Below are positions 24,701-38,330 of a DNA stretch of 56,201 nt, one piece after another. Both the position numbers and the translations under genes were made by a program. Each line of letters starts with the position of its first letter. Position 1 is the stretch's first letter. This DNA comes from Girardia tigrina (lineage: Eukaryota), in contig MQRK01236706.1 of NCBI GenBank assembly GCA_001938485.1, forward strand, positions 1 through 56,201, given 5' to 3'. Under the pieces are notes generated by a model. The model did not search any database and was not told the origin of the DNA. It worked only from the letters and a program-made list of their open reading frames with translations.

Positions 24701-27700
24701 NNNNNNNNNNNNNNNNNNNNNNNNNNNAAATTCTACCGCATGCTGCCTATTCACCAGATTGTGCCCCATCAGATTATCATCTGTTCCGATCAATGCAAAG
24801 CGCTCTTCGGGACCAGCACTTCAAAAACCAGGAACATATAAAAAAAATGGCTGGAACAATGGATCGCATCAAAAGACCAAAACTTTTTTTCGATGGAATT
24901 CATAATTTGCCTGAAAGATGGTCGAAAGTCATAATTAACGATGGAAAATATTTTGATTAGAATAAAACATATTATGTCATATAAATAAACTTGTCTGTTC
25001 TGCAAAAAAATCCAAAAAACTAAGTTATACACCTAATAGAAAGTAAGTTAATAAAAAGAATGGAAAAAATAAAAATATTTATGGAAATATTTCCCAAATA
25101 GGATCTTCGAAACATCTTAAATAGTAAAATGACAAATATGAAAAATAAATAAATTTTATGAAATAGATACACAATTCAAATCTATGTTTTATAACTAATT
25201 AATAATATGTTATAACTAATATACAAATTTATAAAACTGTGTTTCGACGGACGTCACGCATGATCAAACATTTTGTATTTCAGTGACCTTAATGATTACC
25301 AATGGTGATTGTTCAAATGTCTTGTGACTACAATTTAGGCCGTAATTAGTTTGAATCATTTACTAATTCAAAGTGTCCATCTAAAGATCACACAATTGGA
25401 CTTGTTTCAAGGCTCTTCTAGTTCATCAGAATGTTATATATCTAAATATAAATATATTTTTCGATAATATTTAAGGAAACATGAAAACCATGTATCCTAC
25501 TGTTTCTTCCATTCTACTAGTGTAAATGGTTTCAACAAACTCGATCAACATAGTAACTGAACGCTGAGTTTGGTAAAGGACTAATGTCACACATGTTGGG
25601 AGAATTGTTGAGTTCATAAAATTTTTGAATTTACAATATGATCAAAATTAATATTTTAAAAAATTACATTCCGTAAAATAGTGTTATAGATATGTTAAAA
25701 TAAGATTTTCCGAATTTAATGTAAAAATTAATTTATGTAAGAAATAAAATAAATTTTACTGGGTTTATTAAAATATTTATGCAAAGTTAAAAAAGTTATT
25801 TTTAATTTTGATGGAAATATTTAATTGAAATAAAATAAAAAAGAATATAAAGTTTAATATTTTATTTGTGAAATGAAAATAAACTAAACTATTTTTTGTA
25901 AATTTTATTTTACACGATTAAATCGAAGTGAATTAAAAAGCAATTTTAATTTTACTTTTGAAAAACAATTATTATTGGAAATATAATTTTATTTTACGTA
26001 AAAAAGGGGTAATTTAAAAGTTGTTAAATTAAACGAAAATTGCGATTTTAATTATATTTTCAAAAAGTTTTTATTAAGTCTAAAAGTAATTTATAAACTA
26101 TAATGAAAACGAAATGAAAATGCTATTTTATAGAATAGAGAAATGTAATTGAGAAACAGTTAAATTTAAATGTACAATAAAATTGAAATTTAATAAAAGA
26201 CGCAACAAAATCTTTGTGAAAAATTTTAATAAATTCACCTAATAATTTTTTTAAGAAGTATAAAATTTTAATTCGCAATAAATAAAAAAACCATATCTAT
26301 ATTTATATCGATTCTTATTTATAATGGTTTGTGTAAAAAGAAAGTGCAAAAGTTTCATCGAAAATATTTGTTTAAAAAACTTAAATTGTTGTAGAAATAA
26401 ATTTTCGAGTTAATGACGTCTTCTTTTGATCAAGAACCCAATAACATATATACATCCATGTCAGTCAGACACAAGACTATGAGAATATTTATCAGCCATA
26501 TAGTTGTAAACCTCATCTAATTACGACTACTGAACATATTAACATTGTTCGTAACCTAAATATCTCCAAGTTGCAATTTACACTTCTTGCTTTTCAGATT
26601 TAATATTAGAATCTAATGGTATAATAGTAACATACTTCTTTTACTGATAAAAGAATATAGCTAAATATTATTCCATGTGAAATACTTTTTACTTCTTTAT
26701 TGGTATTACAGAATTCATGACTTATCTTGAGTATGATCACAATGTAACTGTTTAGAAGATAATGAAGTTAAATATGTAAACAAGATAAAAAATCATTATT
26801 TTAATAGATAATAAAAATCCAGTACGAAGTGAAAAGGAAATCAAATGTCAAAATACTAGTGCGTTCAAAATCTAACATAGATAAGAAGACACCCAGACCA
26901 TATTACAATCCTTTGCAGATAAGAATCCTAAATATGCATTTAACGACAAAAATCCATTTAAAAACAACGAATATAAAAATAAACAGCCAATCAAATATAA
27001 TGAAATATATCGAAACGGATTTAAAGTACTCCTATTCTCATTTACGAATCAGTGAAAGTATATAAAAAATGTTCTTATCCCTAACACACTCAATACACAC
27101 ATATAATACATGCCTGGAAAACAATACATACCTTATACACACCCGGTTAATCGTCGATTAAATGCAAAAAAATTTAAATTAAATAAAATGAAAAACATGA
27201 AAGAAACTCAATATTCTATGATCAGCAGTGCTAATAACACTGAATCATGGAACATTAATATTATTATTAGCAGGATGTCAAAAGACAGTGAATGGACATA
27301 GCCATGTCGTTATAAAATGTTTAGAAAATCCAGAGTTTTGATCAATTAATAAAAAGGTAATCAATTAATTAATAAATGGATACCATCGATTAACATGGAA
27401 TGGCTAAACAGAGCATATAATTTAGACAAATATTATTTTTTTAAGTAAAGAAGGCCCAGGGCTCCGTCAAAGAAAAAATAAAAAAGAGCCATTCATCAAT
27501 CCAATTGAGGCATTTTTAGCAAAATTAAAATGGGATGTTAGGACAGAAATGATGAATTTCCAGAACCGATTGTCAATCAGTCATCATGAAAGAGTTGCCG
27601 TATTAAGGGAGGTATTACTTTTAGCGGAATTAATTACTTTAAAATTTACATAAAATTATATTCTTATTATTTCAATAAAAAATTTCGTTGCAATTATTTG

Positions 27701-30700
27701 TGGGAATATATATAATAATTTGTATAAATAAAGTCTAATTTTAATGTACAAAATTAAAAAATATTTTCTGTTAAAATTATACAACCTTTGTGGATCAAAC
27801 GTATCAGGATCCGGCCATATAGATGGGTCTGTGTGAATAGCATAAATAGGAACAGTAAAGATATCTCCCTTTTTAGCAAGTATTTTTTTATTATCAGAAG
27901 TTATTAATGTAACATCCTGAGTACATGACCGGTCGAGTCTCACAGCCGGTGGACACATTCTCAAAGTTTCGCAAACGACGGCATCCAAATGCGGCATATT
28001 CATCAGCACTTCATATTTTATTTCCCCCTTAATATAATGTAAAATTTCAGTTTAAATTTACATTTTTTAAATAGAAAAATGTTTTATAATGTTTCAAAAT
28101 GTTTTCTATAATCCTTTAATAGAAATATGTAATTACTTCATACCTCACTTCCAAATGAATTTATTATTTCATTATAAACGTCTTGTTGAACACTCGGATT
28201 TTTAGCAAGAAAATACGCTATGTAAGTCAAAGTTGTCGCTGTTGTTTCGTATCCCGCCAAAAGGAAAATAAAAGACTGTGCCATTATTTCGTTGGTTGAC
28301 AAAGATTTCGAGTCCAATTGTTTGGCCTGACTGGGGTTATCTTCTTCTGTTTCAGCGTGCGCCCTCAACATTAGACCGAGGAAATCATTGTATTCCTGAA
28401 AATTATGAGTTTTTCATATAAAATTTTAACATGTTGTTAAAATTTTGATTGCAAAAATATTTTAGTATACTTTGTTTATAATTTTTGATAATCTGGTATT
28501 AGAAAACAGTTTACCTAATAGTATTAAATATTGAATTAGCTATGAAAATTATCACAATACAATTATCACATCAAACTTGTAATGTATGACTTCGTTGCCT
28601 TTACGGGTTAAGTCTCACGGGATTCGTAAAACTCAAATTCAAAAGAATTCGGACACCTACTATTTAAAATCTTGTAACATCGTCCTTTGCTTTTATGACA
28701 TCTTCCATTCTTCTATTCATTGAATTGTATAAATCCTGATATTTATCAATGGGAAAACTATTCCATATTGCTAAAATTTTATTCTTCAAATCAATTTTAT
28801 TTTCAGGACGTTTTTTCGTAATTCCTTTTTCATAATTGACCAAACATTCTCTATGGGACTTAAATCTGGGTTTCCTGGAGGCCATGTCCAGAAGGACATA
28901 TTATTTTTCACCATCCAAGTTTTTGTAAATTTAGAAGTATGACAAGATGCTCCATCTTGTTGAAAAATGAAATCTCTATTGTCAAAATACTGCGTAATAG
29001 ATGGGATGAGACTTTCCCTTAATATCTCTTTGTAGATACTTTGTAGAGTTAATTGTGCCCTCTATAAAGTGAAGATTACCAAGTCCTTTGCTTGTCATTC
29101 AACCCCAAGTTATTACACTTTCTGGAAATTTCAGAGTTCGGTTTAAACAGTCCGATAATAATGACTCGGTAAGAAGTCTTAAGGCCGATTTTCCATTTTC
29201 GCCCATAGACAATTCAAAACGAGATTCGTTTGAAAAAATAACTTTATTCCAATCATTTTGGCTCCATTTAATATGATTAAGAGCCCATTCAAGTCTCCTT
29301 TTCTTTTGAATAGGTGACAGAAACGGTTTGTTTTTAGCCTTAAAGAAGTGTTACGCAATGCTTATATTTCATTAAAAAAATCTTACATTATAGAATGAAT
29401 AATTTAATTCATGTATTTGACGTAGACAAGTGGATGGAGAAGAAGAAATGTATGTTTGCATACTCCATTTCTCGTTGATTTCTTGAACAGTAGCACGACG
29501 ATATTGAGGAATTAACCTTTTTAAACACCGGTTATCAGTAGCGGAAGTCAACTTTGGTCGTCCAGATTTCTTTGGCGATGAGTTATTCTGATGGTATTTA
29601 GCTTTTTTAATGTTATAGAACACCGTCAATTTACATATCTCTAACATTTTTGAAATTTCCCTTACTGATTTTCATTTAACATGCATGGCAAATATTTTCT
29701 CATGCATTTCCGTATGCATCTTTTTTCCACGAACTATATTTTAAAAATAACAAAAATTTAATCGACTGAAATATTTAAACAATAATAACTACATGTGTTT
29801 TTACTAATAATACATATTGAATTTAAAATAATTCATTGCCTACATTTATATTATAATTTTTATTGTGTCTGAATTCTTTTGAATTGAAAAGCAGATGTCC
29901 GAATTCTTTTGAATTTGAGAATAAATTTTTAAATGCGAATAAAATTTTTATTAGTTAATTTTTTTATTTGATTTCTTCAAATTATTTTCGAATTGTATTT
30001 AGATTATCGTAAAATATTAAATTAATTCATCTATAATACAAATAAGTACATATTATTTATAATTTAAAATTTTTAATAAGAATTATTTTACTATGTCCGA
30101 ATAAATATGAATTTGGGTAGTATAACAACAATTCACATATTTAAACAAATTTTCCTGTTAATTCAATTATCTCGCCACAAACAAATTAATCTATTAAATT
30201 CTTTTCGATTCAATTTTTAAAATCTTGCAAATTTTAAACTTAAAATTTATTAAATAATTTTCACATTAAAACTAAAAATTTATTTAAAATTGTTTCATAA
30301 CTTCTATTAAAATATATAAATTGTTATAACTGTAAAAATATTTTTATTTATAAATAAATATTTAATATTTAATGGTTTTCTTATCATTTTTAGTTTTAAG
30401 ATATTTAATAGATACATTAAAAAACATATTTTTATTTTAAATAGGTATTTAATTTTTTTATAATTTTCTTTTATTATATCATTTTTTATTTTTAAATATT
30501 TAAAAACATATTTTATTTTTAAATATGTATTTGACTTTTCAATAGTTACTTTATTATATCATTTTTAATTTTAAAATATTTAATAAGCATATTAACATTA
30601 AAATATTTTAACTTTTAAATTCAAAAAATAATAAATTATTTTGGCGAGATGCAAATTTAAATTAACCCCTCATCATAATAATAAAAATTTTTATAAGATC

Positions 30701-33700
30701 CTTTAACATGTGTTTGTTAATCTATTATTTGTTCCAGTATTGAGTATGGCCAGTAATACCGAGGAGCTTAACATGGACTGTAAAAATTTATGTGATGTTT
30801 TGACTATGTAGATGATCAGTATTTTATAAATGACACGACGCATCTTTTTCTGAGATTATTTATTGCTGTGTCCGATAACTGCAGTCGATACAAGACTTCG
30901 TCGTTTTCTTTTGGTCATAATCCTAGGCCTCCGAATATAATTGCCTCTAGGTGGATGATCCAATCTGAATATTTAGCTTTCGCCTCTTTGTCCAGTGTTG
31001 AGTATTTGTCTCTGTGAGGAATGTTTCGAATTGTTTGTTGATATTGTTCATGTTGTATGTAGATTCGAATTGTGCCTCTCCTACCCAGATGGATGATTGA
31101 CATTTTCTTTGATTCCTACTAATTTAAAATAATTTAATTTAATATTAAAGTAAAAAGATTTAAAATAATTTTCGAATGTAATATTTAATTTGTAATGTAA
31201 TTTAAAATTTTAATATATTTATTAAGGATACTAACAGCCGAAGTCTTATTACAAGATTTATTAAGACTAAAATGGTCTGTAATCAGCGTCTGGGGCATGA
31301 CTTGTTTCTTAAATTGATTCTTCAAAAATTTGCCAAAATCTGCAATGATTAAAACAATTGTATTTTTAATTAATTGTTAAATAACAATTAATTTATTATA
31401 CAATTAGTAATATAAATTTTTAAATTCGACAGTAATTGACTTCAATTGTCTAGGGAGAGATGTCATGCTTCAAACACCACCCAGTCTCAAACATACTATA
31501 AAACTCATTCAACAATCACTCAACATCATTCAAATATCATTCCAATATCCCTCACAATATTAATTTAATATGTACTTTAAACAAAATATTTAGATTTAAT
31601 TTTAACTAATTAAAATCTTTATAATTAATAATTATTAATAAATATTTTTCATTTATTGAAAAAAATAGTATGAATTTAGAAATATATTAATCAAGAAAAA
31701 ATGTCGAATAGTGAAGGCGGTTTGAATAATTGTTGTCATGACAATTCTACTTGTGATGTTAATAAATGTTTAAAAAATCATATTGATGTTGTTAATAGTC
31801 TCGTTCAAGTTTCTTTCTGTCTAGATGTTTTCTGTGTCATCATAAGGTCTCATGACATTTATCATTTAAATAGTGTTTCTTCCATTGTATCGGAATTGTT
31901 AATCTTTTATCATTTTGGAGGTTGAGAAATCGCTTTGTTGATCCGTTATGATGGTATAATGCGGAAATACGTAGTCTAGTACTTCGTTGATTAGTTCGAA
32001 GTGATAGCATTAAGCGTATTTGCTTTCGTTTAGGAGCATTTTAGAACAAAGACAAAATCCATGGATTCAAAAGAAATAAGATTTCAATATCAGTAACCTT
32101 TTTCTGTGATGTTTCATAAAAAAAATGTTTTCAGAAATGCTCCAAGAACAATTTCAGATCTGAACGAAGAAATATTGAAGTAGATCAAAGAAATTCCGAT
32201 TTCAACTTTTAAGCAGATTTGTGGAGAGTTTGAGAATCGACTAGAAGACGTGGTTACATATGGTTAAACGCAAAAATATCATTTCTTAATCTGATGAACG
32301 AATTTTAATGAATTTTTTAATTTTTTTCTCCTAATGCATATGTAGTGACCACCTTTAATTAAATAAAAAAATCTAATAAGAAAAAAATCTCAATTAACAA
32401 TAAAATATTAATATTATTATTTACATCAAAATCACTTAATTTACCTATCTATAAAAAAGGAAATTAACTATTCTTATGCAAATAGTTAATAAAACAATAT
32501 TGAACCGAAACAATTGTTTAAATATTCACAAAGTGATTGTGCCAATTCGAAATGAATGGATATTTTGTATAAAATATATTTGCTCAATAAATCATAGACA
32601 ATTTCTTTTATTCTCGATTTTTTCTTTCTTTGAATTAATTATTGATTCTCGAAAGTACTCTTCTTACATTTTCTGAATCCGTGATTGAAACCGTCTCGAA
32701 TAAAATGCAACAGGATTTATCTGTCTCAAATAAATCAGATGAAAACAAATCGAATAAACAGTTGAGCGTCAAAGCACCGGTTTTCGAGCCAAAACAAAAG
32801 ATAATCAATCCAAATTTGTCCGATCCGGTTTGTGGCAAATTGTCGTTACCAGCAATTTTACGGACGATCGATTGAAACTCGTCCGTTGCGCTCTTTATTG
32901 AGCAGAGTACCTAGAAGGGGCACTACTGCTGGCGGGTGTGATGACGACCCATACAACAGTAGACAAACGTCATCAAATTGCGGTAATTTATTGTTGTTAT
33001 CTGACCATAGCTCTCGATTCAAGTCCCAGGATCAAGTGCCGGCGATAGGACCCGTCGAGGTCTCACGTAGACGATGCGGCGCCACCACTACATCATGTAT
33101 TTGGACTGATATATTTATCTTAATACACCTGTACAATAATAATGTAATAATTAAAATATAAATTAAATGGATAGATTAATTGAGGTTTCTATTAGAACTG
33201 ATGTTTTAGGATTAAAATTCTTTTATTAAAACATAAAATACGATTCCTTATTTACACGAATTCCATATTAAACGTACTTCTGTTGATTTCTCTCTCTCTT
33301 CAATCGCTTTTTTTAGATTATCTGTGAAAAACTTCAATGTCTTGTATCCGAACAAATTCCACTTCGCGGTCAGTTTGCGAATGATTGTTGCAGATTTAGG
33401 AAAAAATACTGAAGTATTTTTTAATTATTATTAGTATAATAAATCTTACAAATAATAGCAAAGATAGGATTAAAAAAGGAAAATGAAAACAATTTTTTTG
33501 CATGTATTACAAACATATTCTTTGGATTCGTCTGTGAATCAATGTGCATTCCGAACATGGTTCGAGCGATCACGTCCATCGTTAGAGCACCGAAAAATCT
33601 AAGTTAAAAACTTGGATTAAATAGAGGTTCTTTTACGTAGCAAACTCAAAGTTGTTAACATTATTTTGTGAGACACCAAGGATACAGGGAATACTTTTAA

Positions 33701-36700
33701 AATTTCATGATTTTGAAATACATATTGACAGAAAATGAAGTTACTGTATTCATGTTTTAAAATAAAATTAAAAAAATCTTATAACTGTGAGGAATATTTT
33801 GAATGGTGTTTATTGTATGTTGTTTGGTATGTTGTTTAAAGATTGTGTTTCTCCCACCAAGATGGAAGATTAATATTTTAAATATTTTAAAATGTCAAAT
33901 TATTTATTCAATTTTAAAATTTAAATAACTTACTTTCAAATTAAATTAATATATGAAAAATATTTTTAAAATAATTGAAATTATTTTTGTAATTTAAATT
34001 AATATTTATTCTGAAATAGAATTATAAATAAATTGTAATTTAAATTTGTTTAAATAATAAGACGCTTAGAAATAGAACTAAATTTATCAATCAAGAACGA
34101 TGATGAGCTACGAAAGTTTTATGGAGAATTGTCCTAGTGGCAATTCAAGTTGTGTTACCAATAAAGGTTTAAAAAACCAATTAGTATTAATAATAATAAT
34201 GGTTCTTATCTCAAGATCAAAACCATGATTATTAAATTTAAAATGAAACTGTTTAATTACAAGTAAATTATAGAAGAATATAAACATGAAGATCATAATA
34301 AAGTCACAGAGAAGAAACTTTTAATGCTTTTCTTGAAAGATAAAATAAAAGAAAATAATATAATTGATAAGTTTTGTGATCGATGTTGCAAACGATTTCT
34401 AAATGATACTAATGGAAATAACAAAACGCTCTAAAAATAATAATTTTATTTTGAATAAAATGCAACTGTAAATAATTTTTTAAAATAATCTCCAGGCATG
34501 ATAAATTGTAGTCATGTTAAATTTATTATTTAATCAAAATTAGTAATTAAAAATCATTACCATAATAATTTATTAAACTCACATTTTTTGTTATAAGTAG
34601 AATTTCTTCAGGTGTTTGGTCTATTGTGAGAACAAAGAACTTAAACAACTATCAACGGTTACAGCTTATTACATACACGAAAATGTCAAATTAATCATTG
34701 ACAATAGATAGTAGTAATATTTTTTAATTATTTGTTATTTTGAAATGATTATTGATCAATTAGTAATATAAAATAGATACTTTTAACAAAAAAAGAACGG
34801 AGTGTGGATTTGACATTAATTGATTGATTAAAAGATTTAATCAGCAATGCCTCATATGACACAGCAACATTTGTTTACATTTATCATTTTTAGTCTTTTC
34901 AAAGGTAATCAACTTAAAAAAAATGAAGAAATAAAATAAGCATTGAATAATTATTTAAATGATATTTTAATGATATTGTATTTTATATTTTACAAGAAGA
35001 CTACATGACAGTAACCGAGACAAAATAGTTCCAAATAAAAACAACAAAGGTGTTACCCAAAAAAATATTTTGATTTACAATTTTATCAAACACTTCGGCC
35101 CATCTCAAGGATATCTCCCAAAGAGTTCACCGTTGAGGTTACAAAATTATCCCCTTTAATTTTCTACCGATCCTGGATCCATGGGAAAGCAAATAAATAT
35201 GTATTCTTTTGTTTGTTCGATATGAAATCCGATAAAAAAGTATCATAACAAAAAACCGAAATAATAAACCAGTTAATCCACTGTCAAACTTTACTTTCGG
35301 GGATGCATTTTTATTGAATTATATAGAAAGAGGAACATTTCCAAGGATTCACCTCAATAGCCGTAACATTATCTATTCAAAATATACGAATTCTATGACA
35401 TAGGATTCAGATTTGGACGAATTGCACACTTTCAAAAAGTCAAACTAGTACTTGGAAACCTTCCATAGAACTGAAAAGGGACGAATATCAAGATTTGCTG
35501 ATTAACAGAGTCACGCTGGTTAAAAAATATACAAATTAAATGGCCTCTTATAAACGTGTCAAATGAAAGGGTTGACGTTTGGTAGACACCGGGAACCAAG
35601 AGGAGTCCTTGACAAAGGTTCGTTTTCAATAAAACTTAACAACGGCGAATTAAAGCAATATATCATATATATATAATATTAGTATTCATAAACGTCATTA
35701 CATAACATTCTTATTAGAAAATAGTAAAAAATTACTCTTTAAAATCTATCGGTTCATCCTTTGGGTGGTTTGATATTCGTTGTTGTAGCAGGTCTATTCC
35801 ATCGGAGATCAGTGGAGTCATCTTAAGTTTATTAAAAAACCATCTTAAATTCATACATTCAACTCATTCCATCTCATATTAATGTTTAATGTTTTTAAAC
35901 GAAATAACTTATGAAACATAAATAAATTATTTAACATCCCTACATACGGTCTTCCATAAATCATTATAAGTTTTCAATGGCATTTTAATCGCAGTGTTAA
36001 GATGTTGTACGGCATATATAATACTTGGATTTTGAAAATGAAAATTTTTAATATTTATTAAAGATTTAGAGTTAATATGAGAAAACATTCAAACTTCCTA
36101 TGATCATATCACAAATGCATTAATTATCAGGTTTTTGCAAGCACGATACTTTGTAAAAGTTAAAATCGAAATGAGATGTTGTTAAATATTGAACGATTGA
36201 GGAAGTGCGAATAAATATTATACTGATGAATGGTGAGTCGATCGGATGATCACTGTACGTGATACAAATGAAAATGTTATGAGAGAGTTACGAAAACCCT
36301 TAAGCTGTTTGGTTATTAATACTTTGTCAGGAAGTGATTTAAGCATATGCATTGAAGGATTAAAAAATAGGGTGATGTTAATATAAGACAGAATTTGGAT
36401 GTGTAGTTTGCAGAAGAAAGAAGATTGTCCGAAGTGGTAAAAAAGGTTGGCAAGGTACCTTATAACGTCGAGGATAAATTCCACGATTATTTTGGTGTTA
36501 AATAACTAAGTCATCAAAGCACAACTATGTCGCAATTATTTGTTTAAATAAATATCTGAATTATTCATTATATTCTTTATTAAAAACTGAACGCCATTTC
36601 GATAATCCGCCGAAATTAATTACAAAAATAAATTTTGAAAAATGGCATTCAGTTTTTAATAAAGAGTATAAATTGCCATTATTTTTTACATTTATTATAT

Positions 36701-38273
36701 TGTTAAACTAAATTTGTTTTTTTGATAATTTATTGATGTTCACATTATTCTTCAATTATATTGTAAAATATGTTAAATTATTTTTGCATCAATTTTTGGC
36801 TCACATTAAATTACTGAATATTGTTCTTGCTTCTAATTTACTAAAATCACTATTGTTATCTCAAAACAAAAGGCAAATTCTATTTTAAAGGAATAATGTC
36901 TAAAATATTATCTCTCATTTTTAATTTATATTTATATAATGTAGTTATTGTTCAAGATTTAGTTTATGTAAAGATGTTTATAAAATTACACCAAATTATT
37001 AAAACTAATCAAATTCTCATGCATTTCGATTAATTATTATAATTTTAGAATCAAATAATATAAAATTATAACAAATTATAAATATTAACCTATCGGTCCA
37101 ATGTGCAAATTGCATCAATGAAATCAGATCATTAAGACGAATATTTCCATGTATTATTTTATGGGTACCGAGTGTTCCATTGATCATAAATTTCGTAACG
37201 CAGAATTTAATTAGATAAAGAATTAATTAAAAAGATTATAAATGGTGATTTTGTACGATCAATTATTGGTATCTCGTCCGTTCATCTCACATTCGTTCAT
37301 CCCGTGTTCGTTCATCCCGCGTTCGTTCATCCCGAATGTTTTTGTTAGTTCATCCTAAATTTATTTTAAAGGACCAGCTTTGGTAGATTTACCTTTTTTG
37401 TTTTTTTTATTTTATTTCTTTTCTTTTTTTTATGCAGGATAACATTTAAAAACAACATTTAAATACAAAATAGTTTCATACGGACATCCTAGAATTTAAT
37501 TAAAAAAACTAATTTATTTTATAAAAGAAAGAAAAGTTCAGCAGTGTACAAAAATGAGCAGATAAAAATTTTGGGTATAGGGACAGATATTATATTTATT
37601 TAATAAAATATCTTTATTTACTGATTACTTTTATACTCAATTTATTAATAAAACTTAAATTTCTTCAAACCTAAATCAAAGACAACAATTTATTAATATA
37701 ATGATATTTTGAATCTATCACAGTACAAATAATAAAACTTCAAACAAAGAAAAAAAATATAAAAAGAATATTTTAAATAAACCCCTTAACCTTAACCTAT
37801 ACCCTATTTAACGTTAATTCAGCTGAATCTGTAGGTTGAACACACACTTAACTCTTGTTTATTCATGTAAACTAGAAAGCGCAAACTAGAGAACAAAATT
37901 TATTAGATAAAATATTGATCGAGGTTAGATAACCATTTAAATATGGAAATCCTCCTCTTTTATATTAAGGCAATATTATATAATATGCCCCGGGGTCAGT
38001 CGATGCAATTGACATTGACCGTGCAATTGCATATTCAGGTGATATCATGACATATGAAATCACCGGAATTCAAACTCTAGTGATGTAATGACATGCGACA
38101 TCATTGAAGTGCAATATTATTGAATGTGGTGAGGAATGACATCACCACAATTCATAATAATTCAACTAATACCCTAGATTTAACCTTACGATTAATATAC
38201 TGAATAATTAAGTTCAATTATGAATATGTTTAGAGAATATAGAAAAAATCGAATGTTGGAAAATATTAATTAA

Positions 38274-38330
<57 letters not shown>

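Noticed and set aside
25395-25435. Minus-strand CTGATGA...GAAACAAGTC resembling a minimal hammerhead ribozyme near the Penelope relic
   Set aside because: Stems I and II do not base-pair convincingly; at best a decayed copy.
32640-33140. GC-richer insert with short ORFs in intron 7 of gene A
   Set aside because: No recognisable domain, termini or TSD; probably a TE fragment, but I cannot support a call.
33601-33730. Candidate CYP exon 5 next to exon 6
   Set aside because: It has in-frame stops. The true exon 5 is at 35736-35821, supported by the paralog at 1277-1362.
37280-37340. Short regular repeats superficially like a CRISPR array (also 43657-43770 and 44640-44760)
   Set aside because: No unique spacers, eukaryotic context, and they form transposon TIR sub-repeats.
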